Assembly (NCBI GenBank): GCA_964016885.1
Contig: OZ024742.1
Coordinates: 323,268,001-323,332,000, forward strand
DNA length: 64,000 nucleotides
Direction of reading: 5' to 3'
DNA from: Eledone cirrhosa
Lineage: Eukaryota
The position numbers and the translations under genes are program-made. The first letter of the stretch is position 1; the number at the start of each line of letters is the position of its first letter. Below are positions 52,001 through 64,000 of the stretch, one piece after another. The notes beneath the pieces were generated by a model, which saw only the letters and a list, made by a program, of their open reading frames with translations, searched no databases and had not been told where the DNA came from.

Positions 52001-53909
52001 CAGGCAGCAATATTGGGTACCTGTCCTAAATATTGAAAATGATGACCTTCAATAAAATCCCACAAGTTGATTTTGTAAAGAACTCATCTCTTTCCAAGTT
52101 ATTGACAATAGTCAAACATACAAGAAGGAATAAATGCAGTAGAATATCCCCCATTACCACCACTACTCAGTGTTCACATCATCTTTCAATTTGTTAACAA
52201 GTAAAATTCTAATAAGAGAGATAAAAGCCATGAACCACAACACATCACCATAGAGATTAGCTGCAACAATCAGATACAACACCGGCGAATGGTTAAGAAT
52301 CTCACTTCACAACTATAAAGCTCTGTTTGTTTTCACTGCATGTCATCTTATGCAAGTATCTTTAACTTAGCCTTGGGTCAATTTAAGTCTTAGCAAAATT
52401 GGCTAGATAGAATCTGTGTGGAAGCCTGTTGGATGATTTGTAACTGTAATTCAAAGATTCAGCTTTGGCACACATTGTGTTGTGCTGTTTTGAAGCCCAT
52501 TGGATAGATTGTACCTATAATTCAAAGGGCCAGCTTTGTCACACTGAATCTCTCTGAGAATTATAAGGATACACGTGTCTGGAATACTTAGCTTCTCACA
52601 TGTTAATTAAACAAAAGACTGAAATAGTTATTGTTGAAACCAACAAAGGTTCCTTTATTTACAGTAACCACCAGCATTTATGATAATAAATTTACTTCAA
52701 CTCCATTAATAAAGATGTTGAAACAATAATCACCACTGGAATTACTTTTAATTACTAATCAATAATTTTTAATTAATGACTCATCTGTATAACGTGTCAC
52801 ATGACATATTTCTGCTTTTAACACTCTTTTTTCCTGAACATTATATATAACATTTCTAGTAAATTCATAACCACTGCAATATATCAATATTACATCCAGT
52901 AGTTGCTAAATAAGTGACAGCATGTGGCCAAGTGATTAGAGTCTTAAGCACACAATCATAAAGGTGTGGTGTCAATTCCCATGCTGGCTGGCATGTTGTG
53001 TCCTTGAGCAAGACACCTCATTTCATGTTGCTTTAGTTTGCCTGCAGTATTGTTACTGGTATGAAGCTGTATTGACATTTGCTTTTTCTTTGGACAACAT
53101 CAATGGTTTAGATAGAGGAAAGTGACAAGCACAAATGATAGCCATTTCTTCACTAAACACCCCTGCCCAGGCATGCACTTTAGGGAGGATCTTTCAAGGT
53201 GCAAATTACTAGCAAGGAAGGTTGTTAGCTAAATCAGGATTCCAAATCCTCTTGAAATCATTACACTTTTTACAGCCATACATTTTCAAAATGGCACAAC
53301 TGGAAATATATAGTCACAATCTCCATTTTCTAACTGACGACATGCTAATTTTGTGTTTTATTTATATTGATATAAAAATTGTACTAATCACCTGTTACAC
53401 ATTTTTTTTTCTGTTATAGTGTTGCTTTGTAAAGAGCTTCCCTATCATCACCACCATCATTAATGTTATTGTTGCTATCTTGAATTACAATAAACCTTAT
53501 TTATATATACATGTAAAATCAAGAATTAATATATGGAGCTTTTCTTTATTGGGCTCCAAAAAGAACATATTTCTACTCTACACAAAATCCAGGTACTTTT
53601 TTCTCCACCTCACATCATATATATATATATATATTATATATGAGTGTGTATATGTGAGTTAGTGACATATTGATATATCAATATTTTTTGTCTGTTTATA
53701 AAATAAATGCCATGTGTTTCAATGGTTATAAACAGTAAATATATATATATTGATAGGGAAAGCAAAGAGTTTGCAGGGATCAAAACATTTTTTATTCTAC
53801 ATACATTTCATTAACACAAAATGAATGTAATACAAAATTAACACAAAATGAATATAATTTTCATTAATTAATTTTTGCGAATCTAATCAGGAATAATAAA
53901 GGGTCCTCA

Positions 53910-53950
<41 letters not shown>

Positions 53951-54031
53951 ATTTTGTATGTATGGATGTATATATATATATATATTCTTTCACCCTAGCA
54001 CAGCTGACACATAAATGTAAGTATGCATACG

Positions 54032-54143
<112 letters not shown>

Positions 54144-56844
54144 GTGGACCCTTTGGTAATGAAGACCTGTGGTAACAAACGAAATCATGTCAATAAATGA
54201 TTTCAGTGAAAAAATAACAAAATAAAACCAAGGTTATGAAATGTCAACTGGGTTTGCTCACGCAAACATAAATAGAAAGTGATTTTTTCTTTATTTATTC
54301 TTAAAATTTATTACATTATTTTACAATTATTACATTGTTTTTATTATCATTATTATTAATAATTTGTGTTTTCATAATTCTTAAAGGAATGCTTTGAATG
54401 TAAACGTTTGGTATTGATTAAGGTTTTGAAACAAATTGTCCCTAAATTCCTATATTTTAAAAGAATGTGATTTTAGAACAAATGAAATTATTTCCAAAGG
54501 CTCTACTGTCATCATCACCACGCTCTCAAATAAATATTCACTTGTTATATAAACCCAGTTTTTACCCTGGGTCACACCAAGTCTTTCTCTGCAGTTTTGC
54601 TAAACATTTAATTCACAATAATCAAGCTTTCAAGAAAAGTTGCCTTCAAATGCACAAAAGAAAATAGAAGAGGAAGCAACTTAGCTGGACAATCCACTCT
54701 TTTAGATCATGTTTAATATTGCAATATACATAAATAAAATTGGAACAGACCCAGGCAACTTTCAATGATTGATGTACTTGACTATAGTTTCAGCAAAGTG
54801 GTGGATTGCAGAGTTATTAGAACGTTAGAGATGATGCCTTGCAGTATTTGTTCAAGCTCTCTCTGTTATGAGTTCAAACCTTCCTGTGGTCAACTTTGCC
54901 TTTCATCCTTTCAAGGTTAATAAAGAAAGTGTCAATCTAGTGTTCTTTCCCTGTATCTTTTTCTCACTTCTCTATCATTTTCTCTTTTTCTGGAAGAAAT
55001 CAGATTCATTCAGGAATTCATGGCCCATGAATTGATGGATAGTTTCAGCAAATTGAAAACAATTTCAGTGTAATTTAATATTAGTTGTAAGATAAAGATA
55101 AAAAGCCTTTAACTCCTATTGAACTCATAGCTACATCATTATGTCATATAGTGTGTCTTGGGCAATTTAAACCTGGTGGAAACTATCCCTCTTGAGGTTG
55201 GAACATACCCAATTTCTTCCACAGAGAGAGAAAATGATAAAGAGGAAGATCCAACCCCAGTACTGGAATGGTTACTTTATTTATCGATCTTGAAATGAAA
55301 CGCAAAGTTGGCTTCAGTAAGATTTGAACTCAGAGTGTAGTGAGCTGAAACAAATGTCATGGCATTTTTAATCCAACACCCTAATGACTCTGCCAATTTG
55401 CCACTTTCATCAATGGTTGTAATTATCAGTAATTGTTGTTGTTATAATTCCAATAATTGCCAGCAATTTTAACTATTGCCTTCAATTTCTCACTGTTGTT
55501 TCCTGCAATTTTAACAAATTCTAAATATTTGCCAATGATTCGATCAATTTATGAATAATTTTAACAATTTTCCGGATGGTTTCTTCTTTATTTGCATGGG
55601 AATAAAAACAGGCTTTTATTGTAGCAACTGAAATGAAATGTGAACAACTCCAACAATTGGCCTGAATTGTTTATAAAATTAGTTGTAATAGGAACAATCA
55701 TTTCATATTTCCAGTTGTCTTAATACAAATAATTCTTTTCTCACAATTTCTTGGGTACAAATATTAATTAATAAATAATAAAGTCACTAATAAAAACATT
55801 AAATAAATTTTACCAAAATATCTCAAATATGGAATTTAATAAATTTCTTTCTAATTAATATTTTGGTAATCTTGTCATCTCTCTCTCTCTCTCTGTCTCA
55901 TTGTTTTATATTAATGTTTCTCTATATAGAATTTATAAAACAATTAAAAAGGAAAAGTGAGTGGGACAAAGGGAAGACAAAAAAAGTGTTGGGCAGTACA
56001 CTTCAGCTACACCAATGGATAAGTTAACAGAAGAACGGCCAGTGATATACACTGTATCAACCATTCCACTTTATGGGTCATTTTTCTTGGGCACAACGCC
56101 CTCATCCTGATTTCGTGGAAATTATCAAATTTCAGGTACCAAGGATACTGGTGGTCTCAACAGACCTGCACAAAATCGAATTTGTCTCCCAATGACAGGT
56201 ATTTGATCATCACCTCATTTTTTATATATGACCCTCAGTCATTCTCAATTTACTTATCTTACCTCCTCTCACCACTCATGTCTCAATCCCATAACCCTAA
56301 CTTGCAATAACAACAATGTCTAGAATGTAATCCTTCTGGGATTCCCTCTCAGCTCATGTCATTCCAGTAGGAGTTGACTTGCAACAGTTTATGCAAAACA
56401 TTAAAGGCATCGGTTTCGAGAACCCCCCCCCCCCTACCCCACAAAAATTGAACCGTCAATGGCTTTAGCACTACACACCTATGCTGAACTTTAGTGAGGT
56501 TTAGTATTTCCCTATTTTGGATACACGGAGCAGATACTAATACATACGACTAGATGAGTTTTGAGGAATATTCAACTGCTTTGTCTAATAGATAAAACAA
56601 CCACAACAAGAATCTGTAGATAACAGGATACGAAACAATGTCTTTTCAGATTTCTGCCAAATACGAATGTAAGATTTAGTAGAAAGACGAAGAATATAAC
56701 AAAAGTTAGCTCCCCTATTGTTTAATTTTCCTTCCTCAACGTATTTTTGTTTACCAACATACCTATCCTTAATATTCAGTTTACAGTGAAGATGCATACG
56801 AGATCGACTTATGTCAAGATTTGTAGTAAATAGAATACAAAGAC

Positions 56845-56966
56845 ATTGATTGGTAATGATTTCTTTATAACTTTGACGTTGGAGTGAAATTCAAGTGCAG
56901 GAAGTTTGTGGTGATTATGTCTGAGCATAAAATAACAATTGGTATATTCATTATTGATTTGTAAGT
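56845..56966 (+). promoter_or_regulatory. Candidate promoter and non-coding first exon of the zinc-finger gene
   Basis: GATTGG (reverse CCAAT), TGACGT and CAGGAAGT (ETS-like) motifs, then donor ttt|gtaagt at 56961. A matching acceptor tttttatatttcag ends at 59227, upstream of the ATG. Confidence 0.4.
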
Positions 56967-57899
56967 ATTAATCATAATTTTTTCATTAATTAGAAATATA
57001 ATTTATAAAAGAAACAAATCAATAAAAACACATCAAGAAAGAAAAGACAAAACTTGTACTCTACGGCAGAGAACGCTTGTTTAAAATATGTATGCGGAAA
57101 CGCCAAACACGGTATTACCGCGTGTGATAGCGAGACCGAGGAGGAGTAATATTAAAGGAGAACTGTCTATTTTTCTTTTATGTCTTCCAGTCGTAACTAT
57201 CTAGTATTTTCGTACATCGAAGATTCTTTGTCAAATGTGTCTGTCTTTATTTTAGACGAGAGGGTGTAACTTGAGGGAGATTTGGTGGTTATTTCTAGCA
57301 GTTTGAGCGACCCAATAGAATCTCCCTCAATAGCTTATATTGATGTTTACTGTGCTTGTGTTATAAACAATAAATCGATTTCTTAAATATATTGTATATC
57401 GTTCGGTAGATGGTTGAACAGAAAGAGAAGAAAATGTGGTCTTATTGGCACTAGAGCTCAAAACAAGAAAATAGAAATAACTCGTCCGATTCATTACACA
57501 TGATCCTTTAACACAGACACACAGTCCGACAGGGGAACCTTAATCCTGAAGTTTCCTAACGGTAACACTGACGTGATATTTGTTTGTTTTTTTTGTTTTT
57601 TTTTAGTTCTAATCTCTGATACTCTTGGGCAAATCTAGAGACCCCCCCCCCCCCCCATTAAATATTTAATAGCATGGTGTCCCTAGTTATAATTTGGTTC
57701 ATTTCGTTTTTCCTCGTACCTGCTGTCCTTCATTAAACCAAAACAGAGAGCCTCTACACAGTCGCTTCATCAGTTAGTATTAGCAGCCAAATCTCTTTCG
57801 AACCACATCCTACCGACTTAAAAAATTGTCGCGATGTTGTCAAGGGAAGAAACCCATTGTCAGATGATACTGCAAAGCATTCTATCTGACACTAAGAAC

Positions 57900-58803
57900 T
57901 TTGCCAATCTGGAACCTTATAGTCTTCTTCTTTACCCACTTATTCCTGTCAAAAGTAACTGTCTTCAACTGATCCGGCTGGATCCATAAGCGTGAGCCAA
58001 GCTCATGGATGATATCCAAGCATCTTGCTCTGGGTCTCCTGTCAGTTGATTTTGCCCGTAAAATCTGCTCAGTAATTCTTTTCTGAGATCTAACCACATA
58101 CCCTTAGTATTGGAACTGTGATATCTCAATTTGGAGAAGTAGCAGTTTTACCTTGAGTGATTCTCTGATCTCTGAGCTACACACTGTACATTACTCCAAA
58201 GACCCTTCAGAGGAACCCCATTTTGGTCACTTCTATTTGCAATTGTATTCTTTCAGTCATAATCAAGATTTTTGACCATAGGTAAGGGTTACCATGAATA
58301 CCGAATTGAAAATAATGAATCCGACTTTTACACTTCTTCTGAATGCTGAAGCTGGCACATTACTGCACCAGCTCCTTCAATTCTTGAACTTAATTCAGCC
58401 TCCTGCCTTCCATCACTCATGAATATGGCCCTGAGATATTTAAACTTCTCCACCTGCTTCAGTGGAACTCTATTTACATGTAGAGTGCACTGTGCAGGCT
58501 TCGTTGAGAGGACGAGTGGTTTAGTTTTCACAGCACTGCTTTTCATTCCAGCCATGAAGCACTCGGTATTAAACCTATCAAACCTATTAAACAATGGCAA
58601 TCAGGAGTGATAATCCTAATTTTCAAAAAGGGAGACAAGAAAGATTATTTAAATTACGGAGAGCTCTCCTTGTTAAGCCTCCCTGGTAAAGTCTATGCTA
58701 ACTATCTGCAAAGAGATGCAGGGAGATTGTCGAGTCCAAGCTAGTTGATGAATAGTGTGGTTTTCGCCCCAGACACAGCACAACTGACCAAATATTGACA
58801 CTT
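57900..58803. mobile_element. Degenerate RTE LINE of a second family, with an inverted 5' segment
   Basis: Minus strand 57900-58581: LKQVEKFKYL, DGRQEAELSSRI, RPRARCLD. Plus strand 58588-58803: WQSGVIILIFKKGDKKDYLNYGELSLLSLPGKVYA...CGFRP..STTDQI. Confidence 0.75.
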
Positions 58804-59603
58804 TATATGCTCAGTTCTGCTAATCTCATCTATTAATAACTCCATACCAACTCTGTAAGCTAAGTTCAAAACTTCAGCTACTTTGTTAAAAATGTAATAT
58901 ATATACACACACTATTAGATATCTATTCTTCTCTAAGTATAAACATTTCTCTCTTTTGATTATTATTATCACTGTGTAATAATGTATGAAGTGGGTGGGT
59001 CCAAGGGAAAATTCATTTAAATAAAAGAGGTCCTTCGTAGTAAAAAGGTTGGGACCCACTACTCTATACCATGACCACCACCCCAATCAGTTCACATCAA
59101 CCATTTTTGACACATTTCTATAAACATTGAATTTTATCTTATTTCTCCTAGCTCTCTTCTGATAATTTTTAAAACACTTCATAACATTTAATTAGCCCTC
59201 ATCAATTATATTGTTTTTATATTTCAGCGTATCACTTTGTATGGGCACAACAACATTTCCATTCAAGATATAATCAACATATTTACCAACTTTAGAAGCC
59301 CCCAAGAAAAATGTTATTGAGAACAAACTTGGAACTAAAAATAATTACAAAACATTTTATTATTCACTGGGAATGTGTATTGGATGATTTTTGTGTACAG
59401 ATTAAACGTGAAAAGAAAAAAAAAAAACGATAAATATTATATCTGCTTTCATATGGGTGTAACTTTATAAATGGAACAATTTTAGGGATCCTTTATTCTG
59501 AGACAGTTCTTATGTAAGTTACTAATTTTGAACTGAAATAGTTGCTGACTTTGACAAATATCACCATTGATTGTAAATTAAAGCAAGAAACAACAAAAAA
59601 GCT

Positions 59604-61004
59604 ATGGAGAATCAGACAGAAATTTCTGATGAGAAACTGGAAATTGCTCAGGAAAAGTCTTACCTTTGTGAAATCTGTGGAACATCCTTCATAGCTGAAA
59701 ACCAGTTAACTGAACATAAATTAGTTCACATACAATCAACATTTTATGAGTGTCAGATTTGTGATAAAAGATTTGTTAAAAGTAGTTTGTTAACTTCCCA
59801 TTGCTGTATTCAGACAGCAGAAGGTTCATACCACTGTGATATTTGTGGCAAGATATTCACTGAGGAGAGAGATTTATCTAGTCATAAATCTGATCATGTA
59901 GGAGAGAAACCATATCACTGTGATATCTGTGATAAGAGATTCGCCCGAAGGAAGGATTACTCTAGCCACAAATCTACTCACACAGGAGAGAAACCATATC
60001 ACTGTGATATCTGTGGTAAAAAATTTGCCCTGAGGAAGGATTACTCTAGCCACAAATCTACTCACACAAAAGAGAAACCATATCATTGTGATATCTGTGG
60101 TAAAAGATTTGCTGAAAGGAAGGATTTCTCTAGTCACAAATCTAATCACACACGAGAAAAGCCATATCGCTGTAATATCTGTGGTGGGAGATTTGCACGA
60201 AAGAAGGATTTCTCTAACCACAAATCTACTCATGCAGAGGAGAAGCCATATCACTGTGATATCTGTGGTAAGGCATTCACTCAGAAGAAGTATTTGTCTA
60301 GTCACAAATCTAATCACACAGAAGAAAAACCATATCCCTGTGATGTCTGTGGTAAATTGTTCTCTATAAAAAGTAACTTAACTACACACAAACGTATTCA
60401 TACTGGTGAAAAACCTTATCCCTGTGCTGTCTGTGGCAAATTGTTCTCTCTAAAAACTAACTTAACTACACACAAACGTACTCACACTGGAGAGAAACCA
60501 TATCTCTGTGATATCTGTGGTAAGAAATTTGCTCAGAAGAAAGATTTATCTAACCACAAGTCTCTTCACACAGGAGAAAAACAATATCCTTGTGATATAT
60601 GTGGTGAGACATTCTCTCAAAGGAAGGATTTAACTAGCCACAAATCTATTCATATAGAAGAGAAACCTCGCCATTGTGATATCTGTGATAAACAATTCTT
60701 TAGCAAAGGTGATTTACTTTCTCACAAACAACTTCATGCAAGTGAAAGACTATTCCTCTGTGACACTTGTGGTAAAGCATTTTCCAGAAGTTGTGATTTA
60801 AAATGTCATAGACGCATTCATGCTTCAAATGGTAAGAAGCCATACCAATGTCATCTCTGTGATAAATCATTTTCCAGGCATAATCTCATATCTGCTCATA
60901 AACGTGTTCACTCAGGAGAGATACCACACGAATGTGATTCTTGTGGTAAGACATTCAAACAAAGTATTCGTTTCTTGAACCACAAATGCATTGGTATAAA
61001 ATAG
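59604..61004 (+). CDS. Tandem C2H2 zinc-finger protein (16 fingers, 2 degenerate), 466 aa
   Basis: Open ORF with repeated CxxC-x12-HxxxH and TGEKPY-type linkers. No KRAB/SCAN/BTB domain is visible. Confidence 0.93.
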   Translation: MENQTEISDEKLEIAQEKSYLCEICGTSFIAENQLTEHKLVHIQSTFYECQICDKRFVKSSLLTSHCCIQTAEGSYHCDICGKIFTEERDLSSHKSDHVGEKPYHCDICDKRFARRKDYSSHKSTHTGEKPYHCDICGKKFALRKDYSSHKSTHTKEKPYHCDICGKRFAERKDFSSHKSNHTREKPYRCNICGGRFARKKDFSNHKSTHAEEKPYHCDICGKAFTQKKYLSSHKSNHTEEKPYPCDVCGKLFSIKSNLTTHKRIHTGEKPYPCAVCGKLFSLKTNLTTHKRTHTGEKPYLCDICGKKFAQKKDLSNHKSLHTGEKQYPCDICGETFSQRKDLTSHKSIHIEEKPRHCDICDKQFFSKGDLLSHKQLHASERLFLCDTCGKAFSRSCDLKCHRRIHASNGKKPYQCHLCDKSFSRHNLISAHKRVHSGEIPHECDSCGKTFKQSIRFLNHKCIGIK

Positions 61005-61007
61005 TCC

Positions 61008-61188
61008 CACTCCTGAGCAAGATGCTTCTGTTCATGTTGCTTTACATGATAGGATTGGGACTCCTATCATTAAAACTTCCAAGAAACCTCTTATAAGATG
61101 CAACCTTGTAGGAGGCCAGCTAAACCTGAATAGATGTGAGCTATATATATACCATTTACATTTCATTTCAATTTGTTCATTCCCATAT
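61008..61188 (+). mobile_element. SINE fragment (family of 872-1120) at the ZNF stop codon
   Basis: ctgagcaagatgc...aagaaacctcttataagatgcaaccttgtaggaggccagctaaacctg...gtgagcta...ttcattcccatatg. Confidence 0.75.
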
Positions 61189-61193
61189 GTCTT

Positions 61194-61580
61194 ACCACAA
61201 TAGAGGGGCCATACCACTGTGAATGATAGCTATGGTAAAACATTTTATAAAAGTAATGTTTAATGTCATTAAAAACATATTTACATAAGGGAGAAACTAA
61301 AAATACTGTGATATCTGTGGTAAAACATTTTTTCACTTATATAATTTTTCTACCATTGTGATATTTGTGGACAAATATTTTTTCATGGGTGTAATTTATA
61401 TACCCATAAACATATTTACACACAAGAGATACTGTACCTCTGTAACATCTGTGATAAAGTATTTTTGTCATGTGTTATTTATATACCTTATCATTGTGAT
61501 ATCTATAGTAAAACATTTTCCAGAATCAGTGTTTTATCTCATTGCAAATGTACTCATTCGAGAGAGAAACAAAGTACAGT
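61194..61580 (+). pseudogene. Degenerate C2H2 finger remnants downstream of the ZNF stop
   Basis: Repeated broken motifs: ccataccactgtga, actgtgatatctgtggtaaaacattt, taccattgtgatatttgtgg, ccttatcattgtgatatctatagtaaaacattt, with stops and frameshifts. Confidence 0.75.
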
Positions 61581-63539
61581 TTAGGTTAATGTAGTCTCTT
61601 GTCTGGTTGTTAGAGCTCTGTTAGTTCCGATGGCGGATGTTCCAGTTGTTTGAACAGAACAGAACAGCCTGTCAATGAAATTAACATGCAAATAGCTGAG
61701 CATTTCACAGATGTGTACCTTTAATGTGTGAGAAGACTAGCTATTTGAATTAGACACAGCTCACTTTTGCCAGCTGAGTGGTCTGGAGCAATGTAAAATA
61801 AAATATCTTGCTCCAGAACACACCACTCAGTTGGAAATCGAACTTGTGACCATATGATCATGAGCAAAACACCTTAACCACATATCTTCATGATCTTAAA
61901 TACAGATAGTTAAATCACTCTTTTGTCCATCTCAATCATTACTTTAGAATCAGTGGTGAAATAGTTTTAAAAGCTATTTTTATCTGTTGGTTCTGTTATA
62001 TTTATTGTTCCTATGAGGAAAATTTTTATTAAGTAGATCATGTGATGCAGTGAAATCTAATTCTACTCCTATCAGTCATATTTAATCTTACATATTTAGT
62101 TATAGTTTGCTAGTCTCAGGTCATCCAATGCCTTGTGAGTGAAGTTTAGTTAACAAAAACTGTGTTTATGTTTGCTGTTTGTTTATCTTGTAATCCAGCA
62201 GTTTGACAATAAAATATTGATTAAACATGTACCAGACTTTTAAAAAAATATACACTGGAACTGATAAATTACTTCAATGTGGTGCACCAGTATAGCCACA
62301 GTCTTATGTCTGAAACTTGTAAAAGAAGTTGTTGCTACTGATGCTGAAAAATGTAAGAAAAATAAATATACAAAACAAATTATACTAAAAAAAATCTAAT
62401 AAAACCATAACTTGTTTTGTTTCATTTTCCCTTTATTTTGAAAATTTTAATTTTGTTTGCATTGTTGTCAACAGTAGGGTTTTCTGTTATTCACAGAGGA
62501 GATGACAAAGGAACATGGCAAGTGGAGAGATGCTGTGCTGAAAAGGACTCGTTCAGCCCATGCAAGCGTAAAAACAATGATGACTTATGATGATAAACAT
62601 AAAGGGCCATAACTATGTGCCACAAAGCATGTTGTCTGACACACTACTGATAATACACTTACCCAAATAATGATTTCTACTATAAGCACAAGGCCAGCAA
62701 TTTGGGGAAAGGGATAAGTTGATTAAATTGATCCCAGTGTATTACTGGTGCTTTATTTTATCGACCTTGAAAGGATGAAAGGCAAAACTAACCTCGGCGG
62801 GATTTGAACTCAGAACGTAAAGGGTCATAACTCTATGCTGCTAAGCATGTCTGACGCTCTACAGATACTACCAATCCACTACCCTTATTTACCCAAATAA
62901 TAATAAAGCATTTATAAGGCAGCACAATAAATTCTCGAAACAATAACAAAAATTTTCATTGGTGCTCTAATCATCCATTTATTTTAAACATATAAATCTA
63001 ATTTAAAAGGCAGTTCACCAAAAGATGAGTTATAAGCCAAGATGTTGCAGTTTGTAGAGACAGACAGGAAGTTTGTTGCAAAGAGCTGGAACTTACAGAA
63101 ATAGCTTTTTATTCTAGAATTTGGTACTATGAGGACTCCATTACCACCTGATCTCAAACACTTGACTTTTTTACAAAGCACTTCACCGACTTATTTTTAA
63201 AATGGCAAGGCCATTTTTAGAATAATGTAGTTTAATATGGTCTAAAAAAAATGGGGATGGCTACAGATTGAACAAAAATGGTTGATCTGAAATTTTTAAA
63301 TTGAGATATTTTTAGTCTATTTTTCTATGCTGTTATGTGTTGGACAGGTCATTAGACCAAACCAACACTTAATTGTGGACTGTCTGCTAGGTCTTGAATA
63401 CATTCCATTTTGTTAAGATTTCTACTGCTAGATGTTCTTCCTAATGTCAACCATGTTACAGAGAGTACTGTACATTTTATCATGGTTCAAGTACATACCA
63501 CTGCATCTCCTCTTCTGCACATTGCATCTCTCAGTTCAT

Positions 63540-63930
63540 TGACTCTTCACAATGTGTTTCAATCCTGTGTTATCTCCTTTAAGAGGTTTAATTGTGCAAG
63601 GTTAGCGTTTATAGGTCTTCCTCTTCCATCAACCTTGAGTGCCCTGCACTTTTTTATACAGCTGTCATCATACATGCACATCACGTTCCAACCACTGCAA
63701 TTTCCTCTCCTGCACACTGCATCTGACCCCTCTTATAACCAGTTTCTCTCAGTACATTGACACTTTGCCATTCATGCACACTACTATTACACATCCATCA
63801 GAGCATACAAACTTCATAGGTCCTCTGCAGCATTGCTGTTCATATACATCATACAATCTGCCTTTGATTTTGAGGGGGGAAATAGAAAACAGCTAGTCTC
63901 TGGAGATAGCATTTGAACAATTCCACAGTT
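63540..63930 (-). mobile_element. RTE LINE fragment
   Basis: Homologous to 36000-36350 (gcagtggttggaacgtgatgtgcatg, cattgctgttcatatacatcatacaatctgcc). Confidence 0.7.
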
Positions 63931-64000
63931 AGAAAATAGTTATAGTTTCACTTGAAATAAAAACAATAATCAGTTGTATTAAGTAACAAGGTGGTGAATT

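Noticed and set aside
59874-60317. Antisense 147-aa ORF over the zinc-finger gene
   Set aside because: Shadow ORF of the repetitive finger codons.

Overview
AT-rich, repeat-dense eukaryotic genomic DNA. It is probably a cephalopod such as octopus, inferred from the KPYHCDICGK-type zinc-finger array, the (TA)n/(CAT)n load and the SINE/RTE repertoire. Two host genes are well supported. One is a three-coding-exon THEM6 thioesterase gene (29780-38347, +, about 207 aa, phases and GT-AG sites check out). The other is a single-coding-exon C2H2 zinc-finger gene (59604-61004, +) whose array appears truncated by a SINE. The rest is mostly mobile DNA: a full-length but defective CsRn1-like Ty3/Gypsy LTR retrotransposon (16821-22028) inserted in a Penelope-like relic, several RTE LINEs and the tRNA-derived SINE that shares their 3' end, a Tx1/L1-like LINE, a probable CRE-like relic, a Buster-type hAT pseudogene, piggyBac-like MITEs, a candidate solo LTR and a 3.5-kb TA/TATG array. 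The most notable unexplained signals are two decayed hammerhead-ribozyme-like motifs, several near-perfect palindromes or hairpins, non-canonical TG..AA LTR ends and a patchwork insertion within the L1. All calls come from reading the sequence by eye; no searches were run.
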